A DNA stretch of 16,315 bases from Octopus sinensis (taxonomy: Eukaryota). The DNA lies in the NCBI RefSeq assembly GCF_006345805.1, contig NW_021825200.1, positions 1 through 16,315 on the forward strand, in the 5' to 3' direction. A model generated the notes under the pieces. That model had not been told where the DNA came from, ran no database searches, and was given only the letters and a program-made list of their open reading frames with translations. Below, piece by piece: positions 8,820-16,315 of this stretch. Position 1 is the first letter of the stretch, and each line of letters begins with the position of its first letter. The translations under genes were made by a program, and so were the position numbers.

Positions 8820-10540
8820 CAATGTATATGCATATACCGAAACAGATGTACACAATATTTTCTTCTTTTATTTCCCCAAGGAGCAGCAAACGAGACCAAA
8901 TCTCTTCTTTTACAGTTACTGCAATCTCTTTGTAGGTTCCGAGGTAGGTTCTAGCTAGGTTTTAAGCATGCAGAATGGCCTTATCATCAGGCATGAATTC
9001 AGAACCTGTGTCAGAGTAACTAATCATCTCCACACCTCTTTCCTAATATATATGGAATCTGAAAGACAGTAGAATTACTAACACCTGTATGACCCAAAGC
9101 ATCTTGAAATTAATAACCTGTTGTTAAATGTGTGAAATAATTGCAACCTGTGCTTGTCAGAGAAGTATAACATCTTCACTAAATGCTTTTAACGTGTGAT
9201 CCACAGCTGCTAGTTCATTTTACTACTTTTTCACTTCATCTGTTATGCAGTAACCCATAGTGTTGTTAGAATGGGACCATCAGTTTATTCTTTTACCTGA
9301 AGGATAAATCCCCATGTATTTCAATTGCCCCTTGTCACTTATTGATATAAAACAATGTTCCTATTTACCTTTTCTGTCACACTAAGAGATGTAACTCAGA
9401 GGAGAGAGAGAGAAATAATGAAAGATAAAAATAAAGTAACTTTCCACTAGCCACTGGACCTTTTTGCTATTCTCTTAGTGCCTCTATAATGTATTATCAT
9501 TGGTTCTTATAGACTGATAAAGATCCAAAAATCCTCTGTAACCCCTTTTGATGTTAGCATGGGAGCAAATGATTCAACTGAGTTAACAGAGATCGTCTTA
9601 TTCTTAATAATTCCATTGTATTTCTATGGCTTCATCTCACCTATTAATATGATAGTCTGTTCCTACTTATGTTTTGTGTCACACTAAGAGTAGTAACTGA
9701 AAGGATGTGTATGTGTGTGTAAGTATGCATGTATATATATATATATATATATACATTACTGCTAAAACAGACAGGTCAGTAACAACCTAACCACTACATT
9801 AATGTAAATCTTTTTGAATTCATAATATTCTGTACTGAACTTTTTTAATAATTCCTCCTGGAAATTACCCTGAGATGTATAATATATTTGTTTTAATCTT
9901 TTCTGCCCATTTTTTCAATGAGCTTGTTAAACCTCTTTATATTCTCAACATACTGTTGTACTTTTTTATGTCCTTAACATGTCCCTGTTACCAAAGACTG
10001 TATATATATATATATGTAATGTAGCAATTTGCAACAACCAATAATTAACGCAACCAAACTTCCACATGTTACTTTTGACAATCTTTTTCCAAAGAGTGAA
10101 ACCGGTGAAGTAAATAAACATCTTTTAAATTGCATTTTCAAACCTTCTTTCGTATATAATTCCACTTGTGTGATACCCCACAACTCAACTTTGTTATATA
10201 TATATATATAGAGAGAGAGAGAGGAAGAGAAAACTTGAGAAATGTATGAAATTAGTGCAACCTATGCTTGTCAGAGAAGCATAACATCTTTACTAAATGC
10301 TCCAATATGTTTAATATTTTAACTAAAATATTCTCCACAAGTTTCTGGTTCATTTTGCTATTTTTTTTCTTACTCATCTGTTGTGCATTATTTCCATGTA
10401 TTTCTATGCCTTGTAGTTACTCACAAACTGTAATCTTTAATCAGTCTATACATTAATACAACAGTAAGTTCCTACCTACCTCTTGTGCCACACTAAGAAA
10501 AACAATGAAAGGCTAGAGAAAAAGAGACAGAGATATTGCA
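8820..10540 (-). pseudogene. Degenerate tandemly duplicated blocks with coding/exon-like remnants of unknown family
   Basis: 9126-9187 versus 10240-10301 match at 56/62. Motif gttccta...g(t/c)cacactaaga occurs three times (about 9357, 9659, 10468). Parallel peptides YIRKEVWR/YIRKKV*K and EIWSR/EVWLR. Many stops. Confidence 0.35.
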
Positions 10541-10816
10541 AAATTAAGAAAGCTTAAAATGAAGATATTATCCTCTGGCAACTGTTTTTTTTTTTTTTTT
10601 CGCTATTTTCATACCTCATCAATTATTTATTATCCCTCATCGACGAGTTTTCTCCCTGGCAGCTATAGGTGCATTTTGTTACCTTGAGAAGAGTGATTAT
10701 GATAAACACATCACTAAGTTTATTTCTAGTACTATAATCCTTAAACAGGCTACTTTTGATTCAGAGCAAGGCTAGACTTCTGTTTTCTGATGCCATTTTT
10801 ATTGTTTATATCCTAA

Positions 10817-11138
10817 AGACTCCGCCTGTTACGATGACGAGGGTCCCAGCTGATACGATCAACGGAACAGCTTGCTCATGAAATTAACGTGCAAATGGCT
10901 GAGCATTCCACAGACACGTGTACCCTTAACGTAGTTCTCGGGGATAATCAGCGTGACACAGAGAGTGACAAGGCTGACCCTTTGAAATACAAGTACAACT
11001 CATTTTTGCCAGCTGAGTGGACTGGAGCAACGTGAAATAAAGTGTCTTGCTCAAGGACACAACGCGTCGCCGGGAATCGAACTCACAACCTTATGATCAT
11101 GAGCCGAATGCCCTAACCTCTAAGCCACGCGCCCTCAC
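10817..11138 (-). mobile_element. Full-length tRNA-derived SINE, family B, with 17-bp target-site duplication
   Basis: Minus strand A-box TGGCTTAGAGG (11117-11127) and B-box GAGTTCGATTCCC (11072-11084). Flanking direct repeat tattgtttatat(c/a)ctaa at 10800-10816 and 11139-11155 (16/17). Confidence 0.95.
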
Positions 11139-11215
11139 TATTGTTTATATACTAACTACAAGAAGATCAAATTTTGAAATCAAACTTTGTTTTTTAAATT
11201 TTTTACTGAACAAAA

Positions 11216-11377
11216 ATGGCTGCTTCTGCATTTGAAGCATTGCTGGATGAAATCTTGTTTGATTCTCACTCAGATGGTTATATCGTTGGTGAGATTATCC
11301 GAGGTAATGATGAGGATATAGACTGTGCTTACAGTTATGTTGAGATCAATGTACCGAGTGGATATTATCATCCATAG
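11216..11377 (+). other. Short acidic ORF (53 aa), possibly a decayed DNA-transposase N-terminus
   Basis: aaaATGG context; reads MAASAFEALLDEILFDSHSDGYIVGEIIRGNDEDIDCAYSYVEINVPSGYYHP*. The frame stays open 25 codons past the TAG. No catalytic domain seen. Confidence 0.2.
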
Positions 11378-11449
11378 CTGGCTGATTTAAGGAAAGTACT
11401 GGCCCCAATGAGGTACATCTCTGTACCAGTTGAGGTAAATTTCTTAGCC

Positions 11450-11845
11450 AGTTGAGCATGTCCCTTAGTGGCTGACAATATGTGCATCTCTGATCACGAG
11501 CAGAAGTAGTGGGGGAGCATCAATGCCATGTTGAAAGGAATTCTTGGAGGTTTGGATAATTCCCCTCTGGAAACATGGGTGGTTCGTTCAACATCCTTAA
11601 ACAACCCTTATTCAGGGACCTTTTGAGTGGAATGGGCTACTCGACCAGAAAAAAATTCTAACTGGGCCCCACCTGCAAGGTCATGTGCTGTTTATCTTGA
11701 TATGAGATCACCATGTCGTGCATATGTGGTTGTGATGCATGTGCCTGGTGTACCCTTATCAGATGGGTAGTCATGATGGGTATATTGGGCTTCGTATATT
11801 TTACCCCAGTGTCACTTTGATGGCATGCACTGCTCTCTCTCACTC
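11450..11845. mobile_element. Interspersed repeat (probable non-LTR retroelement end)
   Basis: GC-richer block abutting an (AAT)n tract; resembles an abundant cephalopod repeat from recall only. Single copy in this window. Confidence 0.4.
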
Positions 11846-11896
11846 AATAATAATAATTTTGATGATGACAGTAATAATGATAACGATGATGATAAC

Positions 11897-11929
<33 letters not shown>

Positions 11930-11959
11930 TTTAATAATAATAAGTTTGATGATGATAGA

Positions 11960-12013
<54 letters not shown>
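11846..12013. repeat. (AAT/GAT)n microsatellite
   Basis: Direct reading. Confidence 0.95.
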
Positions 12014-12226
12014 CCTTTCTGCTGTAAGCACAAAGCCTGAAATTTTGGGAGAAGGGGACTAGTTTATCACATCGACCCCAGTGTATCACAGGTACTTAAT
12101 TTATCGACCCCGAAAGGATAAAAGGCAAAATCGACCTTGGCAGAATTTGAACTCAGAACCTAAAGACAGACAAAATGCTACTGAACATTTTGCCAGGCGT
12201 GCTACCGATTCTGCCAACTCACTGCC
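12014..12226 (-). mobile_element. tRNA-derived SINE, family C (Nin/Deu-like central domain)
   Basis: Minus strand: ggcagtgagttggcagaatcggtagc head, gagttcaaattc B-box-like, gccttttatcctttcggggtcgataaattaagtacc (resembles the Nin/Deu SINE domain, recall), ending ...agaaagg(att)n. Confidence 0.8.
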
Positions 12227-12399
12227 ATATTCTGAAGCAAATATTACGAATGTATTTTCCTAAATTTTTTCTTTCATTTTTTTCCATCAACAGCCCAAAA
12301 TGCATCGCCAATCAGGATACCTTAGCGCTACCTTTGTGAAAATCCAAGATATTCATATGCCCGACTTATCTGTAAGTTAACGTTAAAATATTTAACCCC

Positions 12400-13666
12400 T
12401 TTCTGTGATAATCCATATGTGGCCAACACTTCTTTAGCGTCTTGTACAAAAAAAATTATCATTTTAAATCTAAATTGTTTCCTATTTCAATTTAAAAAAA
12501 AAATGTGCCTTAAATTTCTTTCTTTGCTTTAGTTGTTTTGTTCAAAATATCATCTTAACACACAGATATATGCCAATCCATTTGTGGCCAACACTTCAGC
12601 ATTTTGTACAAAAAAAAATTATTTTTTATCTAAAGTGTATCCTATTTCAGTTTTAAAAAATGTACCTTAAATTTCTGTTTTGTTTATATTATGTTCAAAA
12701 TATCGTCTAAACACACAGAATATGCCAATCCATATATGACCAACACTTCTTCAGCCTCTTATACAAAAAAATTATCATTTTATATCTAAGATGTTTCCTT
12801 TTTCAATATTTTAACCAAAACAGGCCTTAAATTTCTGTATTTATTTTAGCTATATTTTGTTCAAAATATCATCTTAACACACAGATATATGCCAATCCAT
12901 ATATGACCAACACTTCTTCAGCCTCTTGTACAAAAAAATTATCATTTTATATCTAAGACGTTTCCTTTTTTAATATTTTAACAAAAATGTGCCTTAAATT
13001 TCTGTGTTTATTTTAGTTATATTTTGCTCAAAATATCATCTTAACACACAAATATATGCCAATCCATATATGACCAACACTTCTTCAGCCTTTTGTACAA
13101 AAAAAATTATCATTTTATATCTAAGACATTTCCTTTTTCAATGTTTTAACAAAAACGTGTTTTAAATTTCTGTATTTTAGTTATATTTTGCTCAAAATAT
13201 CATCTTAACACACAGATATATGCCAATCCATTTATGACCAACACTTCTTCGGCCTTTTGTACAAACAAAAGATTATCATTTTATATCTAAGACATTTCCT
13301 TTTTCAATATTTTAACAAAAATGTGTTTTAAATTTCTGTATTTTAGTTATATTTTGTTGAAAATATCATCTTAACACACAGATATATGCCAATCCATATA
13401 TGGCCAACACTTTTTCAGCCTCTTGTACAAAAAAATTACCATTTTATATGTAAAGTGTATCCTATTTCAGTTTTTTAAAATGTACCTTAAATTTTTGTGC
13501 TTTGGTTATATTTTGTTCAAAATATCATCTTAACACACAGATATATGCCAATCCGTATATGGCCAACACTTCTTCAGCCTCTTGTAAAAAAAAAATTATC
13601 ATTTTATATCTAAGATGTTTCCTTTTTCAATGTTTTAACAAAAATGTGCCCTAAATTTCTGTATTT
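12400..13666. repeat. AT-rich tandem satellite/minisatellite, ~153-167-bp monomer, ~7.8 copies
   Basis: aaaatatc marker at 12543, 12696, 12862, 13029, 13193, 13359 and 13518. Confidence 0.97.
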
Positions 13667-13790
13667 ATTATTGCAACTTTCCAGGGGCAATCCCTTGGTC
13701 ATTCATGGCTTAAGGGGGTCTTTACTCTTTATCCTATGTACATATAATGGCTTGAAGAGGGGGAGGCTGGTATGCATGGGTGACTGCTGG

Positions 13791-13834
13791 TAACGTCTGT
13801 TTTCCATGCTAGCATGGGTTGGATGGTTCGACTG
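13791..13834 (-). mobile_element. Short fragment of retroposon family D
   Basis: taacgtctgttttccatgctagcatgggttggatggttcgact. Confidence 0.75.
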
Positions 13835-14045
13835 AAGCGAGTATATAGTAAAAGATAAATGAAGATTAGCAATTATTTAATTATGCCACCGATGAACAGA
13901 CGTTATGCAAATTAGTCTGTAATTATGTTATGTTCAATTAAAATGTTAAATATAGTTGACATGAGAAAAAATTATCTTCAACAATGTGTGTTAATTATAT
14001 ATTAATTACCTATTAATAAGAATTTTTTAATATATATAATAGCAA

Positions 14046-14200
14046 AGGTGTGATCGTGGAGATAGAGAAGATTGCTTTCCACCCACAGGGTTCCGGGTTC
14101 AGTCCCACTGTGTGGCATCTTGGGCAAATGTCCCCTTCTATCGCCTTGGGCCAACCAAAGCTTTGTGAGTGCATATGGTAAGTGAAAGAAGCCTATCGTA
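14046..14200 (+). mobile_element. Diverged SINE family A, 5' half
   Basis: ggttccgggttcagtcccactg.gtggca.cttgggcaa...gtgaaagaagcc followed by (TA)n. Confidence 0.85.
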
Positions 14201-14254
14201 TATATATATATATATATATATACACATACACATATACATACATCTCTCTGTGTA

Positions 14255-14388
14255 TCTTTCTGTTGAAGAGCGTAGGCTCGAAACGTTAAAGACTTGTTTT
14301 ATTTATATTTCCTGAGCGCCATACTAATACAATTGTTTGTTTGTTTTCCACCTGCCTTCGTCTTTTGTCTATTTTCATAAAGCTTCCC
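14255..14388 (+). ncRNA. Second minimal type-I hammerhead-like motif plus downstream segment
   Basis: tcttt / CTGTTGA-a / gagc-gtag-gctc / GAA-ACGT-T / aaaga; downstream ttcctgagcgc.atactaataca...attttcataaa matches 3917-3960. Confidence 0.6.
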
Positions 14389-14389
14389 G

Positions 14390-14488
14390 TTATATATATA
14401 TACATATATACATACATACATATATATATATATATATGTATAGGATGGGCTTCTTTCACTTATATATATATACATACATACATACATA

Positions 14489-14557
<69 letters not shown>

Positions 14558-14592
14558 TATATAGTATATGTATATATATAGTAGATATAATA

Positions 14593-14637
<45 letters not shown>

Positions 14638-14645
14638 GGTATATG

Positions 14646-14679
<34 letters not shown>

Positions 14680-14757
14680 TATTATAGTATATGTATATGT
14701 ATATATATATGTGTATATGTATATATATATGTATATATGTATATATATATGTATATA

Positions 14758-14792
<35 letters not shown>

Positions 14793-14813
14793 ATGTATAT
14801 ATATATGTATATA

Positions 14814-14862
<49 letters not shown>

Positions 14863-14940
14863 GTATATATATATATTAGATATATTATATATATAATATG
14901 TATATGTTATATATGTGTATATATATATATATATATACTA
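14390..14940. repeat. Long (TA)n-dominated microsatellite
   Basis: Direct reading; includes a short family A remnant gatgggcttctttca near 14443-14457. Confidence 0.95.
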
Positions 14941-15152
14941 TTTATTAATACTTCGTACTTTATTTAGTTCTAAGTAAATGTTTTATCGTAACTTTAATTA
15001 TTTTCTACATGGTATGATTTAAGTATATCATTGTTGAATTGCTACATAGTGGTTCTTTTCTAATTTATAAACATGTATTATATATTGTGAAATTTGATTT
15101 AGTATTACTAAATTGAATTTTTCCCTGTAAGTTAGGAATCATATTCCCTAAT

Positions 15153-15205
15153 ACTATTATTATTATTATTATTATTAATATTATTATTATTATTATTATT
15201 ATATA
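15153..15205. repeat. (ATT)n microsatellite
   Basis: Direct reading. Confidence 0.9.
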
Positions 15206-15569
15206 TCATCATCGTTTAACGTCCGTTTTCCGCGCTAGCATGGGTTGGACAGTTCGACTGGGGTCTGGGAAGCCAGGAGGCTGCACCAGGCTCCAGTCCA
15301 ATCTGGCAGTGTTTCTACAGCTGGATGCCCTTCCTAACACCAACCACTCCGTGAGTGTAGTGGGTGCTTTTTACGTGCCCATGCGCACAGATGCCGGGGG
15401 GAGTCTGGCAGCGGCCACAATCGGTTGATGCTTTTAACGTGCCACCGGCACGGAAGCCAGTCGAGGCGGCGCTGGCATCAGCCACATTCGGACGGTGCTT
15501 TTTATGTGCCACCGGCACAGAAGCCAGTCGAGGTGGTGATGGCATCGGCCACATTTGGATGGTGCTTTT

Positions 15570-15571
<2 letters not shown>
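15206..15571 (-). mobile_element. Retroposon family D with internal 64-67-bp subrepeats
   Basis: Matches 7545-7796; g(g/a)tgctttt markers at 15363, 15427, 15494 and 15561. Confidence 0.88.
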
Positions 15572-15637
<66 letters not shown>

Positions 15638-15650
15638 ATATATATATAAG
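15572..15650. repeat. (TA)n microsatellite
   Basis: Direct reading. Confidence 0.9.
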
Positions 15651-15704
15651 GTTTATTATTTCAATTCCGAGTGTATTGGACCATCTGAAACAAATCAGCA
15701 AGGC

Positions 15705-15897
15705 AAAAAAGCACCACCTTGGCTGGCTTCTGTGCCGGTGGCACATAAAAAGCACCAACCAATCGTGGCCATTGCCAGCCACCTCTGGGGCCTGTGCCAG
15801 TGGCATGTAAAAAGCACCCACTACACTCACGGAGTGGTTGGTGCTAGGAAGGGCATCCAGCTGTAGAAACTCCGCCAGATCAGACTGGGGTCTGGTG
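15705..15897 (+). mobile_element. Retroposon family D, opposite orientation
   Basis: aaaaagcacccactacactcacggagtggttgg...aggaagggcatccagctgtagaaac is the reverse complement of 15283-15375. Confidence 0.88.
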
Positions 15898-15959
15898 ACT
15901 GGAACAAGTCCTTGAGAAAAAGTAAAAATAAAATCCCAACCACTGTGACTACTGGCTCC

Positions 15960-16230
15960 TATACCATACAATGCCACCACAACCATCAACACCACCACCA
16001 CCACAGAGCAAAGACAAGCCGACAATTAACAATAACAACAAAACTGAGATAAGACCACACCCTGGAAAAAAAAAGTCATTTCCTCTACATTCCACCCACC
16101 ACGCCAACCTTTGAGTCACCCACCCACCTCTACGGCCGACCCTGCTGTTATCTACGGGGGTTGGAGGGCAACGTCCACCACCTCCAACAACAATAGCGCC
16201 AACACAAACACAAACATAACAACAACAACC
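15960..16230. repeat. C/A-rich low-complexity tract
   Basis: (cac)n and (aac)n-like runs; explains the V/G/L-rich minus ORF 15949-16269. Confidence 0.6.
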
Positions 16231-16315
16231 AGTCTGGCTATTTTCCGCCAATCTACTCTTAGAGTACATTGACCTCTAATCTGTCAGTTTGCGTGCACTT
16301 GGATGTGTGTGGGTG

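Noticed and set aside
8941-8960. ctag/ctagctag as the Helitron 3' end for the element at 8510
   Set aside because: No GC-rich hairpin upstream of the CTAG, and the intervening DNA belongs to the duplicated block.
12400-13666. CTGAAGA and GAAAC strings on the minus strand of the satellite as a hammerhead
   Set aside because: No credible stems I-III could be drawn, and the motifs are not retained in all monomers.
15315-16025. 236-aa minus ORF, with overlapping 148-aa plus ORF
   Set aside because: Runs through two family D copies, a (TA)n tract and low-complexity DNA.

Overview
Repeat-saturated, AT-rich eukaryotic non-coding DNA (intergenic or deep intronic) with no intact, recognisable protein-coding gene. 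The density of (TA)n, (GT)n, (GATA)n, (CAT)n and (AAT)n microsatellites, interleaved with several tRNA-derived SINE families, matches my recollection of coleoid cephalopod (Octopus-type) genomes; this assignment is recall, not a search result. The long ORFs in the supplied track are translations of microsatellites or SINE arrays. Most notable observations: (1) two dispersed copies of a minimal type-I hammerhead-ribozyme-like motif of the kind carried by Penelope-like retroelements, both with the same non-canonical core base (3870-3905, 14255-14292); (2) a degenerate tandem triplication at 8.8-10.5 kb with minus-strand splice-site and coding-like remnants, including a repeated AG/13-nt/GT microexon-like motif; (3) a 107-bp near-exact local duplication sandwiched between two Helitron-like 5' ends; (4) three arrays of different origin: a 92-bp higher-order repeat built from tetranucleotide microsatellites, a 166-bp SINE-derived array and a ~165-bp AT-rich satellite. 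I do not see convincing evidence of a new multi-gene system.
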